A stretch of DNA of 64,000 nucleotides from a virus. A program made the position numbers and the translations under genes. Shown piece after piece: positions 35,614-45,451 of this stretch. Each line of letters begins with the position of its first letter. The stretch's first letter is position 1. The notes beneath the pieces were generated by a model. It was given only the letters and a program-made list of their open reading frames with translations. It made no database searches and was not told where the DNA came from. The stretch lies in the IMG/VR virus record IMGVR_UViG_3300002483_000009, positions 7,149 to 71,148 of that record; one strand, 5' to 3'.

Positions 35614-35830
35614 AGACCTATTAGGTAGGATACGGACACTTAGGCAAAAGGGTGAGCGACAGATAGTCATTCAGGCCAAAGAGGCCGACCAACTAGCAGA
35701 CAGCCTGAGTCAGGTAATGACTAGAATGGTCACTATACAAGAAGATATCATAGAAGCACTGAAGACTGCCAGAGAATCACAGACTATAAACATCGAAATG
35801 GATGGCGGTGATTTTGACAACAAAAAATAA
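35573..35830 (+). CDS. Hypothetical protein
   Basis: 85 aa ending MDGGDF. Confidence 0.65.
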   Translation: MQSKNSKIQTRPIEDLLGRIRTLRQKGERQIVIQAKEADQLADSLSQVMTRMVTIQEDIIEALKTARESQTINIEMDGGDFDNKK

Positions 35831-36650
35831 TATAACATTTACCGTAGTGTTGACCAACAACACCAAAAATGATCTTAAAGTGATGTACGAACTTGCGGAC
35901 AACGTGGTTGCAGACAAGTGGTACAAAGCAATGAAACATCTTAGAAAAATCAAACCTCATGATCATGATTCAGGTATAAAGGCACCTAGAGATATACAAA
36001 CAGTATACAAAGAATTTTGCGTTGCCGCTGGCATTGATTCAATAAAGTTTGACCAAATAGACCAATCGGCTCTAAACAAACTGCATGAACTTTTCATGGA
36101 ACATGCAGATAGGATGTCAAGGAACGAATCAAAACATATTCTATATGAATTCCATCAGGCGATACACCAAACGGAAAGTGCTATGGATGAAAAATTACAC
36201 TACAAATGGACTCACATGCATATTGTTTCATACAGTGACAAGGCAGGCCTGTTGCAGGAGGAATTTCCATGCAACAAATATTACAGTGATTCTTTGATTC
36301 AGGACAACATCTATCTGTTATATTCGCAGTCGGGTAAAAAACCATACAACTATTTCTTCGATGGCGAACCTGCAGACTCTGACAAGGTTAAGAAAGTCAT
36401 GAAGCCACACCACACTTTCATTCCAAACTGGTTTATATGTTTGAAGGACAGAGAGCCCATGCACTTGCCACAGGAGTTTTGGGATTTTTTCGAACCTTTC
36501 AGACCATGGTTTCTAGAAAATTATGGACTTGAAAAATGGGATCACGAAGATGAGTATGGCGGAGTGCTCTTGGCCAAACCGTTGACAGATACAAATGTGT
36601 CAGAGATGATAACAAAAAACAATTACACCTATAGTCATATCGAACTGTAA
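35802..36650 (+). CDS. Hypothetical protein
   Basis: 282 aa ORF. Confidence 0.7.
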   Translation: MAVILTTKNNITFTVVLTNNTKNDLKVMYELADNVVADKWYKAMKHLRKIKPHDHDSGIKAPRDIQTVYKEFCVAAGIDSIKFDQIDQSALNKLHELFMEHADRMSRNESKHILYEFHQAIHQTESAMDEKLHYKWTHMHIVSYSDKAGLLQEEFPCNKYYSDSLIQDNIYLLYSQSGKKPYNYFFDGEPADSDKVKKVMKPHHTFIPNWFICLKDREPMHLPQEFWDFFEPFRPWFLENYGLEKWDHEDEYGGVLLAKPLTDTNVSEMITKNNYTYSHIEL

Positions 36651-36710
36651 AATAAGCGGTCTCTAATCTTAATCTGCAAATACAATTTTTGGTAAATACA
36701 GTTATAAATT

Positions 36711-36998
36711 ATGAGCAGACCAAAACCCACAGTGTTACTCCAACACAGTAATAAAAAAACGTACAAAATGGACGAAGTCCTTGCGGCAGAAGGCATATGG
36801 GCGGTTTTTTATGATGGTAAACCGATCAATTTAAAGAGCTCTAGTTTGGTGGCAAATTACCCTGGTCCAAAGTACAAGAAAGTGTCTTTTTCCAACCCAG
36901 GCCACGCAGAAAATTTAGCAAAGAAATTAAACACACAACACAACACCGACAAGTTTGGTGTTTATCTTTTAAAATCCGGCGAAAAATTCTCTAGATAA
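36711..36998 (+). CDS. Hypothetical phage protein (MSRPKPTVLL)
   Basis: 95 aa; TAAATA at 36693-36698. Confidence 0.7.
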   Translation: MSRPKPTVLLQHSNKKTYKMDEVLAAEGIWAVFYDGKPINLKSSSLVANYPGPKYKKVSFSNPGHAENLAKKLNTQHNTDKFGVYLLKSGEKFSR

Positions 36999-37006
36999 TT
37001 AATTGT

Positions 37007-37402
37007 ATGGATCGCAAGACTGCATACACCCGTACCTTCATGGAACTGTTAGAACAACCTATACACGACGAGACAGTCAAAAACAGTTACTACGCATGGT
37101 GGCAAAATGTACGTGAAAGTTATCAGGCTAGATCGCTACGTTTGACCAAGCAAGGACTGAGTGCCATAGAAAAACTGGACATCAAGACCTACACAATCAA
37201 GTTTCCTGCAAAAGTCATATTCACACCCCAAACATACCTTTGGTTAGACGAATTTGTTGACTGTCCATACTTCGTTGACAAGAAACAGATCATAGTGACT
37301 ATGGAAAAAATGGCATTACAACTCATGCTTTTTGCCGGAGATATCACAAAATACGGACTTGCTAGGGCAATGAGCAAGATGGACGAGCAAAAAGACCAGT
37401 AA
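37007..37402 (+). CDS. Hypothetical protein
   Basis: 131 aa. Confidence 0.7.
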   Translation: MDRKTAYTRTFMELLEQPIHDETVKNSYYAWWQNVRESYQARSLRLTKQGLSAIEKLDIKTYTIKFPAKVIFTPQTYLWLDEFVDCPYFVDKKQIIVTMEKMALQLMLFAGDITKYGLARAMSKMDEQKDQ

Positions 37403-37432
37403 AATAGCGACTTTTTAGCCACAATTACCAGG

Positions 37433-37460
37433 TTGACGCATAACATTATCCTGCTATAAT
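37433..37460 (+). promoter_or_regulatory. Sigma70-type promoter
   Basis: TTGACG-16nt-TATAAT with an extended TG. Confidence 0.65.
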
Positions 37461-37494
37461 GGTATTATAAACATTTTAAACAGGAGTGTACAAA

Positions 37495-38598
37495 ATGCCA
37501 AGAGCAAAAAACAAAGAAGCCGCAGTAGGCTCACAAAACAGAACAGTTTCACCCAACGAGGCGAAATCCGCACTGACACATTGTATTCAATTACAAAGAC
37601 CAATAATGATGTGGGGTGCACCAGGTATTGGTAAATCCGATATCGTAAAACAGATTGCAGATGCAGAAGGAAGAGAAGTTATTGATATTAGACTTCCTTT
37701 GTGGGAACCAACAGACATCAAAGGTATCCCTTATTACAATTCAAAAGAGAACAACATGGTTTGGGCAAGTCCGGCAGAACTGCCAACTGATCCCAAGTCT
37801 AATGCTATTGTATTCTTGGACGAGTTGAATTCGGCGGCTCCGGCAGTACAGGCGGCGGCTTATCAACTTATTTTAAACAGAAGAGTGGGTCAGTATCACC
37901 TACCAGAAGGCGTTTCAATTGTAGCGGCAGGTAATAGGGACAGTGACAAAGGTGTCACTTACAGAATGCCGGCTCCATTGGCAAACAGATTTGTTCACAT
38001 TGAATTGAGAGTGGACTTCGAAGATTGGTTGCAGTGGGCAACTAACCAACACATCCACGCAGACGTTGTGGGTTATTGCACATTCGCCAAACAAGATTTA
38101 TATGATTTTGATCCTAGAGGATCAAGTAGATCATTCGCAACTCCAAGATCATGGAGTTTCGTAAGCCAACTTCTATCAGATGACCTGCCAGAAAGTACGC
38201 TCACTGACCTCGTAGCAGGTTGCGTAGGAGAGGGATTGGCCGTTAAGTTTATGAATCATCGTAAAATTAGCGGTCAACTTCCAAACCCATCTGATATATT
38301 GAGCGGTAAGGTCCGAGACCTTAAGACTAAAGAGATATCAGCGATGTATTCATTAACTGTTTCGTTGTGTTATGAATTACAACAGGCACACGAGAAGAAG
38401 GACAAGAAGTGGAATGAACAGGCTGATAGATTTTTCAACTACATGATGGACAACTTTGAAACTGAATTGGTTGTGATGGGTGCCAAGATTGCACTTACAA
38501 ATTACAAACTTCCGTTCGATCCTAGCAAGTTGAAATCATTTGATAGGTTCCATAAGAAGTTTGGCAAGTACGTCATTACTGCTATGGAGTCTAAATAA
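37495..38598 (+). CDS. MoxR-like AAA+ ATPase
   Basis: GAPGIGKS, FLDE, AAGN, ANRF, TPRSW; SD AGGAG. Confidence 0.88.
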   Translation: MPRAKNKEAAVGSQNRTVSPNEAKSALTHCIQLQRPIMMWGAPGIGKSDIVKQIADAEGREVIDIRLPLWEPTDIKGIPYYNSKENNMVWASPAELPTDPKSNAIVFLDELNSAAPAVQAAAYQLILNRRVGQYHLPEGVSIVAAGNRDSDKGVTYRMPAPLANRFVHIELRVDFEDWLQWATNQHIHADVVGYCTFAKQDLYDFDPRGSSRSFATPRSWSFVSQLLSDDLPESTLTDLVAGCVGEGLAVKFMNHRKISGQLPNPSDILSGKVRDLKTKEISAMYSLTVSLCYELQQAHEKKDKKWNEQADRFFNYMMDNFETELVVMGAKIALTNYKLPFDPSKLKSFDRFHKKFGKYVITAMESK

Positions 38599-38729
38599 TG
38601 GATAAATCTAAAATTATAGATCCCAAAAATCCTAAATACGTAGGCAACAGTTGGGCCAACCTTGGCAACCATGTGTTGATCATAGGCTTTTGCCTAGCAA
38701 TAGGATTTGTAATTTATGCGAGTTATTAA
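38598..38729 (+). CDS. 43 aa membrane peptide between the MoxR and VWA genes (not in the ORF track)
   Basis: MDKSKIIDPKNPKYVGNSWANLGNHVLIIGFCLAIGFVIYASY; TAATG coupling at both ends. Confidence 0.6.
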   Translation: MDKSKIIDPKNPKYVGNSWANLGNHVLIIGFCLAIGFVIYASY

Positions 38730-39967
38730 TGGAGTATAGAGAACAAAAAATAATAGACAAACTAGTGACAGCAAGGATCGCCTTGTTATTGAAACATCCT
38801 TTCTTTGGCAACCTTGCAACTAGATTAAAACTTGTCAACGCAGATGACTGGTGTCCGACAGCAGGCACAGATGGCAGACACTTCTTCTACAACACTAAAT
38901 TCATAGATTCACTTACACCCAAAGAAGCAGAGTTCTTGTTTGGACACGAAGTTCTACACAATGTATTTGAACATATGCTTGTAAGGATAGGTGACAGGGA
39001 TCCACAACTTTGGAACATAGCGGCGGACTATGCCGTTAACCAGATATTGAAAGATTCAAACATAGGCGAGATGCCAAAAGGTAAAAAAGGTGAGAACAAA
39101 GGCTTCCAAGATGACAAGTACAAGGACTGGGCAAGTGAGAGAATATATGATGACTTGTTTAAAACTGCCAAAAAGAACGGCAAGAAATTTTTAGAAAAAT
39201 TAGGCGAACTGATGGACGATCACCAAGAGTGGGGACAAGGCGAAGGTGAAGGACAAGGCAAAGGTGGAGACAAGAAAGGCACAAAAGGTGGCAAGCCTGT
39301 TTACACAAAAGAAGAACTTAAGAAGATCAGAGACGAAGTAAAAGAAGCAATGGTAAGTGCCGCACAATCTACAGGTGCTAGTAATTTGCCAGGTGCTCTA
39401 CAAAGACTTGTAAAAGATCTTACAGAGCCAAAGATGGACTGGAGAGAGATACTTCAGCAACAGATAATGAGTACAATGAAATCGGACTACACTTGGATGA
39501 GACCCAGCAGGAAGTCATGGCACACGTCTGCTATACTTCCAGGCCAAAACAACGACGAGATGATTGATATATGTTTGGCTCTTGATGCATCTGGATCAAT
39601 CAGTAATGATCAATGCAGGGAGTTTTTAACAGAAGTAAAAAACATTATGGATCAATATAAAGATTACAGAATACACCTTTGGAGTTTTGATACAGAGGTC
39701 TTCAATCCAAAAGTGTTTACACCAGATAACGCAGATGAATTATTAGATTACAAATTGGGTTCAGGTGGCGGTACAGAGTTTGAATGTAATTGGGACTACA
39801 TGAAAAAAGAAGGCATTGAGCCTAAGAAATTTGTTATGTTCACAGATGGATGGCCTTTCAATACATGGGGTGACGAGAATTATTGCGATACAATATTCTT
39901 AATTAATAATCCTTACGAAAGAGATATTGAAGCACCATGGGGAATGACTGTCCAATACAACGATTAG
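38729..39967 (+). CDS. HEXXH metallopeptidase-like plus VWA domain protein (DUF2201-like)
   Basis: TAGTDG, HEVLH, WNIAADYAVN, MIDAS DASGS, GGGT, FTDG. Confidence 0.85.
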   Translation: MEYREQKIIDKLVTARIALLLKHPFFGNLATRLKLVNADDWCPTAGTDGRHFFYNTKFIDSLTPKEAEFLFGHEVLHNVFEHMLVRIGDRDPQLWNIAADYAVNQILKDSNIGEMPKGKKGENKGFQDDKYKDWASERIYDDLFKTAKKNGKKFLEKLGELMDDHQEWGQGEGEGQGKGGDKKGTKGGKPVYTKEELKKIRDEVKEAMVSAAQSTGASNLPGALQRLVKDLTEPKMDWREILQQQIMSTMKSDYTWMRPSRKSWHTSAILPGQNNDEMIDICLALDASGSISNDQCREFLTEVKNIMDQYKDYRIHLWSFDTEVFNPKVFTPDNADELLDYKLGSGGGTEFECNWDYMKKEGIEPKKFVMFTDGWPFNTWGDENYCDTIFLINNPYERDIEAPWGMTVQYND

Positions 39968-39968
39968 T

Positions 39969-40235
39969 ATGCGTATAAATCCTAAAAATTTTTACAAGCG
40001 AGAACTTGATATGTTACCACCACACTTTGTTAATACTGTGGTAAAGGCACACGAGGCCGATGTAGAAAAAATGCGTAAATGGATTTACGAAAACTGCACA
40101 GGCAGATATTCAATTACCAAAGATGTTGTGTCAGATGGTAATTCATCTAGGGCAATCACTGTGCTAGGATTTGAAGAACCTGGTGACCTAACACTGTTTG
40201 CATTGAGCGGAATTGCTCAGAACTATCAAAAATAA
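39969..40235 (+). CDS. Hypothetical protein
   Basis: 88 aa. Confidence 0.65.
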   Translation: MRINPKNFYKRELDMLPPHFVNTVVKAHEADVEKMRKWIYENCTGRYSITKDVVSDGNSSRAITVLGFEEPGDLTLFALSGIAQNYQK

Positions 40236-40307
40236 CTGTTGCACTCCATAATTACTTTATAGTATAATATGCGTATATTATATTAATCGATTAATAGGAG
40301 AAAATAA

Positions 40308-40592
40308 ATGGTAGCAAAAAAGAAAAGTTTGAAGAAGCCAGACGAAGCAACCGGAACGGCGACGGCCAATCCGCAGGCTCCACAACAGGATCCAACTGCT
40401 TTATCTATCGGCGACTTGAAGAATCTTTCTACAATACTTGATGTAGCATCTACAAGAGGTGCATTCAAGGCCGGTGAAATGGCAGGAGTAGGATTCTTAT
40501 ATAACAAACTTCAGGCGTTCTTAGCCAAAGTGGCACCGGAACAAAAACCTGAAGGTAATGCAGGAGCATCAGCACCTGCGGAAGGAAAATAA
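40308..40592 (+). CDS. Hypothetical phage protein
   Basis: 94 aa; SD AGGAG; TTGCAC/TATAAT upstream at 40239-40268. Confidence 0.7.
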   Translation: MVAKKKSLKKPDEATGTATANPQAPQQDPTALSIGDLKNLSTILDVASTRGAFKAGEMAGVGFLYNKLQAFLAKVAPEQKPEGNAGASAPAEGK

Positions 40593-40593
40593 T

Positions 40594-41139
40594 ATGGCAA
40601 CTCTAATGAACGTGAACAACCAGGCTATGCCAATGGGTGAAAACACAGGAGCGGCAGGTGATGGTCAGACGGGTCCAAAGAGACACTTCAAACATATTGG
40701 AGAATTAGCGGATGAGTCAAAAGCGAAAGTAGTAATCATGTACAGAACAGTACCAGGCGAGGCAGACAACTGTCTAGTAGTTGGCACTAAATTTTTACCT
40801 GATATGTACCACAATGCATTAATGAAAGCAGTTGAATCAGAAGGCGGACAACAAGCAGAAGAATTTGCAGATTTCGCCAGCAGACAGACTTTCCCTGATG
40901 GCACTAATATGTTACAACTTTTACACAATGACAATTACATCAAAAAGTTTAAGACCAAAGAGATAATGGTCACTTTTGGTTCAACAGAAGATGGTAGAAT
41001 TCTACTTAACAAGTTGAACGAGATGATAGCAAAAGAGAAAGGTGTATCAGTTAAAGATCTTGCACAAGATCCAGAAGCACCAGCGGCCAAGAAAAAAGCG
41101 TCAAAAAAAGATGCCAAAGAGACAGCCGCCAAAGAATAG
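40594..41139 (+). CDS. Hypothetical protein
   Basis: Start at ATG 40594, after the previous stop codon. Confidence 0.7.
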   Translation: MATLMNVNNQAMPMGENTGAAGDGQTGPKRHFKHIGELADESKAKVVIMYRTVPGEADNCLVVGTKFLPDMYHNALMKAVESEGGQQAEEFADFASRQTFPDGTNMLQLLHNDNYIKKFKTKEIMVTFGSTEDGRILLNKLNEMIAKEKGVSVKDLAQDPEAPAAKKKASKKDAKETAAKE

Positions 41140-41452
41140 TACATGGGTACAACTTACGAAGGATTTCGTAAAAGAGTGGCCGGAGGTACTGGATGGTTTA
41201 CACTTCCAGAACATGCCGGTCAAGTACCTGTTGTATGTAAATCTTATTCTTAAGAACAACATCACAATAAACTACAATATACAAAAAGAGCTCAAATCAA
41301 AAAAGCAGACCAGCATTGCTAGATTCCTTAAATCTACAATAGAGCAAAACTATTCTAAGATAAAGAACGTGCATCTGAAGTTTGATATTCCAAAGTTAAA
41401 AAAAGACATGGAGTCAAAAACTTCATTAATGCTTTCTAAGACATTCAAGTAA
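41111..41452 (+). CDS. Hypothetical protein
   Basis: Start at ATG 41111; EWPEV motif. Confidence 0.65.
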   Translation: MPKRQPPKNSTWVQLTKDFVKEWPEVLDGLHFQNMPVKYLLYVNLILKNNITINYNIQKELKSKKQTSIARFLKSTIEQNYSKIKNVHLKFDIPKLKKDMESKTSLMLSKTFK

Positions 41453-42090
41453 TGACCTACGATAAGAAATTTTTAATTATTACAGCACACCCCGATGACC
41501 TGGAGATGGCCTGTGGCGGATTAGTTGCCAAGATAAAAGCGAACGGTGGAAGTGTTACCAACCTAATACTTGTACAGCCATCTGCCGAAATAAATGAAAA
41601 AAGGAACATGCAGATTGTCAAAAAGGAATTGGACAAGAGCCAAGACATTTTAGGATTCAAGTCAGTGGTATACAACACGCCATTGCATGACAACGGAAGA
41701 CCAAATTTAACACTTGATAATAATTTAATTACTGATGCAGAACATATTGCCCAAGGACATGACATTTTGATCACACATTGGAAAGAGGATCATCATCAAG
41801 ATCATAGAGTGTGCTATGATGTAGGACGCAGTATTGCTAGGAAAAATTTTCAACAGTTTTGGTGTATGGATGAACCGCCATATAATCTACATTACAAAAA
41901 TTTCAATTGCAACCAATATGTAGATATAACCGATTATGTTGATACTAAAATAAAGGCCTTACAATCATATGACACTTACTTTAATAAAGACAGCATAGAT
42001 ACAATAATAAATTACAATAGATACAGAGGCAGTTTTTTGGGATCGGGCAAGGTTGCAGAAACGTTTCAAATAATGTACAATAAAATATGA
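41452..42090 (+). CDS. PIG-L/LmbE family N-acetylhexosamine deacetylase
   Basis: AHPDD, HQDH, AETF. Confidence 0.88.
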   Translation: MTYDKKFLIITAHPDDLEMACGGLVAKIKANGGSVTNLILVQPSAEINEKRNMQIVKKELDKSQDILGFKSVVYNTPLHDNGRPNLTLDNNLITDAEHIAQGHDILITHWKEDHHQDHRVCYDVGRSIARKNFQQFWCMDEPPYNLHYKNFNCNQYVDITDYVDTKIKALQSYDTYFNKDSIDTIINYNRYRGSFLGSGKVAETFQIMYNKI

Positions 42091-43088
42091 GAATTTTAGT
42101 ATTAGGCGGTTATGGTTTTATTGGCAGTCACATATGCCAACAATTAAAAGCAGAAGGACACACGATAGGTATTGTTGACTGCTTTCATCAGTATTACACA
42201 TTTCCAGACTGGGAGTACCATCCTGTTTTATCACAAAGGAAATCGATTACAAATACAGACAAAGAATACATAGGACAAATTGAGAACTTTCAATTTATGG
42301 AACAGACATTCGAAGATTTCAAGCCAGAAAGAGTAATTCACGTAGCGACGTATCCAAATGCTAGAATGGTCAAAAGAAATGTGCTAGATGCAACCAACAA
42401 CATGATCACTGCCACTGCGTATATCTTAGATTTATGTGTGAAACATAAAGTTGAAAAAATTGTATATGCATCAAGCAGTATGGTCTATGGTGAATTTAAT
42501 GGAGGCATTCCAGATGAGAATGTTGTGCCAAAACCTAACACACTTTATGGTTCATATAAAAGACAAGGGGAGTTGATGTGTAAAATTTGGCATCGTGAAC
42601 AAGGATTGAATTATGTAATAATGAGGCCTTCCGCATTGTATGGTGAGAAAGATACTATCACACGTGTTATAAGTCAATTAGTCAAAAATGCTTTGACTGT
42701 TGGGGACATGACTGTACAAGGTCCTGACAATAAACTTGATTTCTCAAATGTCTTAGATGTGGCCAAATACTTTGCACTAGCAACAACAAACGAAGTAGTA
42801 AATGAAACATTTAATTGCACTAGAGGTAATGGAAGAAAAATTGTTGAAGCGGCTGAAATAATTAAATCAAGATTGGGAGTGGGTAACATAATAACAAAAC
42901 CACACGATGCATTCTATCCTAATAGAGATACATTAAACAGTGACAAAGCAAAAACCATGTTAAATTTCAATCCAACTATAGATATAGAGCAAGGTATACC
43001 AAAATACATAAATTGGTTTTTAAGACAACCGTTCTATTTTCAAAATTTAGATATTAATAAAAAGTTTCAGTTGGGTACAACTGTTTAA
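42087..43088 (+). CDS. NAD-dependent nucleotide-sugar epimerase/dehydratase
   Basis: GGYGFIGSH, ASSSMVYG, YGSYK. Confidence 0.88.
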   Translation: MRILVLGGYGFIGSHICQQLKAEGHTIGIVDCFHQYYTFPDWEYHPVLSQRKSITNTDKEYIGQIENFQFMEQTFEDFKPERVIHVATYPNARMVKRNVLDATNNMITATAYILDLCVKHKVEKIVYASSSMVYGEFNGGIPDENVVPKPNTLYGSYKRQGELMCKIWHREQGLNYVIMRPSALYGEKDTITRVISQLVKNALTVGDMTVQGPDNKLDFSNVLDVAKYFALATTNEVVNETFNCTRGNGRKIVEAAEIIKSRLGVGNIITKPHDAFYPNRDTLNSDKAKTMLNFNPTIDIEQGIPKYINWFLRQPFYFQNLDINKKFQLGTTV

Positions 43089-44379
43089 ATTTATCTCTAC
43101 AAAAATCCCAAGTATAAGTTTTTAAAATTTTATCTTCGTCAAACTCACACTCTTCTGTAAATTGTTTACCGTCATGCGATCCTTTGGACAACCATTCGTT
43201 ATCAGTGTCCAGCCATTTTTTTAACCTATGACTTGTTTCAACAGTAGGTTTTTTACTGTGCCATAGTACTAATTTCGAAACTTCCCTGAAAGCATTTTTC
43301 CAAGCCGTGTATGGATCAGGTGCCAGGAGAGATTCGCTGGCTACAATGGGCACAACTTCGTGAGGCTGTGACAGTGTGAAATCCAGTATGTTATTATCGG
43401 GTGTTGCCAAACAAAGTGATTTGCTGTATAGATCTATGTTAAAGGTTCCGTATTCTAAGTCCAATTCGTTTAATCTTGCATGGAATATCCTATGTCTTTT
43501 TGATAGTCCCCTGTCGACTGTGTAATCAAATCTAAAATCATCTTTCACAATACTTTTGGCAAAAACTGCATAGAAATATTCTGTCCCCGATGTTTCTGCC
43601 GCTTTCTTGTATGCTTTGGTACGACCGTCGACCCCTTTTATCCAATGTAATTTGTTAGATAGGTTATTCTTTTGTAAATGCTCTTGCAATATTTTGAAAT
43701 TTTTATCCTCAAATGGTTCTCCATTGGAAATAAATGTTATATCGAAACAATCTTTTTTATCCTCTTCACCAATCACGTACAACAACGGATAGTCGTATAT
43801 TTGTGTTTTGATTGAGTCTAATGCTTTCCTTGGAATATAAAATGTGTTTTTGTCTTTATAAATTTTTAAATCTTCCCAGTAAGAAGGATAAATCTTGCTA
43901 TTGTTTTCTTTTTCATAGTATCTAATATAACTTGCATTAGAAATTTTTATGTCTGGTATGTTGTGTATAACATTTTCTAGATTGTATTCCAAGTCATGAA
44001 AATCAAAATCATAATTGCCATTGTACTCATGATAATTTACGTCTTTAAAATCTCGTAAAAATTTAATTTTTTGCTCTGAAAAACATTTAGGAAATAAAAA
44101 TGTGTCTCCTTCATTTTGCCCTTTTTCACTCCAAACGTGTAATTGCTTTGTTTGATGCTGTTCTGGTATGTAATCGAAATCAAATTTTGTGTAATCAATT
44201 TTTGTGCTTAACAACCAAGTGTATTCTGTGTTGGATGTTGATAGCATTGATTTTATAATATCATGATAACTGTTAACGAATGGCACAATAATTGCATGTG
44301 GAAACTTATTACGTATCGTTTGCAAATTAATGTCAGTGTTTTTGTTTTTAAAATCTACTACTACACAATCAAACGCCAT
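43054..44379 (-). CDS. GT-A-like (glycosyltransferase-related) protein
   Basis: C-domain FDITFISNGE...GVDGRTKAYKKAA...AFREVSKL is paralogous to 56323-57219; start at ATG 44379. Confidence 0.6.
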   Translation of the reverse strand: MAFDCVVVDFKNKNTDINLQTIRNKFPHAIIVPFVNSYHDIIKSMLSTSNTEYTWLLSTKIDYTKFDFDYIPEQHQTKQLHVWSEKGQNEGDTFLFPKCFSEQKIKFLRDFKDVNYHEYNGNYDFDFHDLEYNLENVIHNIPDIKISNASYIRYYEKENNSKIYPSYWEDLKIYKDKNTFYIPRKALDSIKTQIYDYPLLYVIGEEDKKDCFDITFISNGEPFEDKNFKILQEHLQKNNLSNKLHWIKGVDGRTKAYKKAAETSGTEYFYAVFAKSIVKDDFRFDYTVDRGLSKRHRIFHARLNELDLEYGTFNIDLYSKSLCLATPDNNILDFTLSQPHEVVPIVASESLLAPDPYTAWKNAFREVSKLVLWHSKKPTVETSHRLKKWLDTDNEWLSKGSHDGKQFTEECEFDEDKILKTYTWDFCRDKFKQLYPTETFY

Positions 44380-45451
44380 AATATTCTCCAATACATTTAC
44401 ATATGTAAAGAACTTCTTGTTTTTTAAGAAAAGGATGTATTGGTAATGATAACACGTCTGTACAGAATTTTTCAGCATTTGGCATTTCCTGTCCGTTATC
44501 AAACATCTTCATTTTAGACATTGGTTGTGGATAATGTATTTGTGTCTGTATACCTTTCTCTTCTAAAAATTTTTTAAGACCATCTCTGTCCTGTGTTTTA
44601 ATTACTAGTTTGTGATTGTTTGATATTGTACCTGTGCCTGTTTGTATCGAATTTATACCTAGATCCAAAAGTTTTTCTTCATACCACTTTCTCACCTTCT
44701 TTGTTTTGCCTAGAAGTCCTTTGTACTTCGACAGCAAGAAATTTAAAATATTTGCGTGTTCATGACTCATGCATGAGTTATAACCATGGTTTAACTTTGC
44801 TGTGCCTTGACCATGATATCTAAGGCTACGTATTAGATCTCTATCAATTTCGCTATCTGTCAAAACCATACCACCGTTGCCGAAAGCAGGTAATGGTTTA
44901 CTTGGTGCAAAACTCAAAGTGCTTATATCACCAAGTTTGCCGCTTGGCACATTATTGTAATAACTTCCAAAACTCTGTGCCGCGTCCTCTATCAAAGGTA
45001 TTCTTCTCTTTACACAAAATTCTTTGAGTGTTGAATAGTCAGCAAGATTGCCAAAAAGATTCACATATACCACAGCGTCAGGCAATCCAAAGTCAGGTAA
45101 TTTTGAAATCAACCCTTTGTTGTCAACGTCCACAAAATTTATTGTAGCACCTGTTCTTTTTATCGATTCGGCCGTGGCCAAATAACTGATTGCAGGACAA
45201 AGTACTGTGCTCTCAGGTCCTATGCCTTTGGCTCTAAGGGCAAAGTATAATGCATCGGTACCACTACCTACAGCGATAGCATATTTTCTTTTTGTGTGTT
45301 TTGCCACTGCGGATTCAAACTGATCAACATAACTTCCTTCAACGTGTCTGTTACCAACTACGTTTCCTGTTTTCCAAACTTGCTTGGCTCTACGTGTGAT
45401 ACGCCAACTGTATTCGTCATATATTCTGTCCAAACCATTGAACTTTATCAT
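44369..45451 (-). CDS. DegT/DnrJ/EryC1/StrS PLP-dependent sugar aminotransferase
   Basis: GSGTDAL, IEDAAQS, SFAPSKPL (PLP Lys), GNGG, LSLP. Confidence 0.92.
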   Translation of the reverse strand: MIKFNGLDRIYDEYSWRITRRAKQVWKTGNVVGNRHVEGSYVDQFESAVAKHTKRKYAIAVGSGTDALYFALRAKGIGPESTVLCPAISYLATAESIKRTGATINFVDVDNKGLISKLPDFGLPDAVVYVNLFGNLADYSTLKEFCVKRRIPLIEDAAQSFGSYYNNVPSGKLGDISTLSFAPSKPLPAFGNGGMVLTDSEIDRDLIRSLRYHGQGTAKLNHGYNSCMSHEHANILNFLLSKYKGLLGKTKKVRKWYEEKLLDLGINSIQTGTGTISNNHKLVIKTQDRDGLKKFLEEKGIQTQIHYPQPMSKMKMFDNGQEMPNAEKFCTDVLSLPIHPFLKKQEVLYICKCIGEYYGV

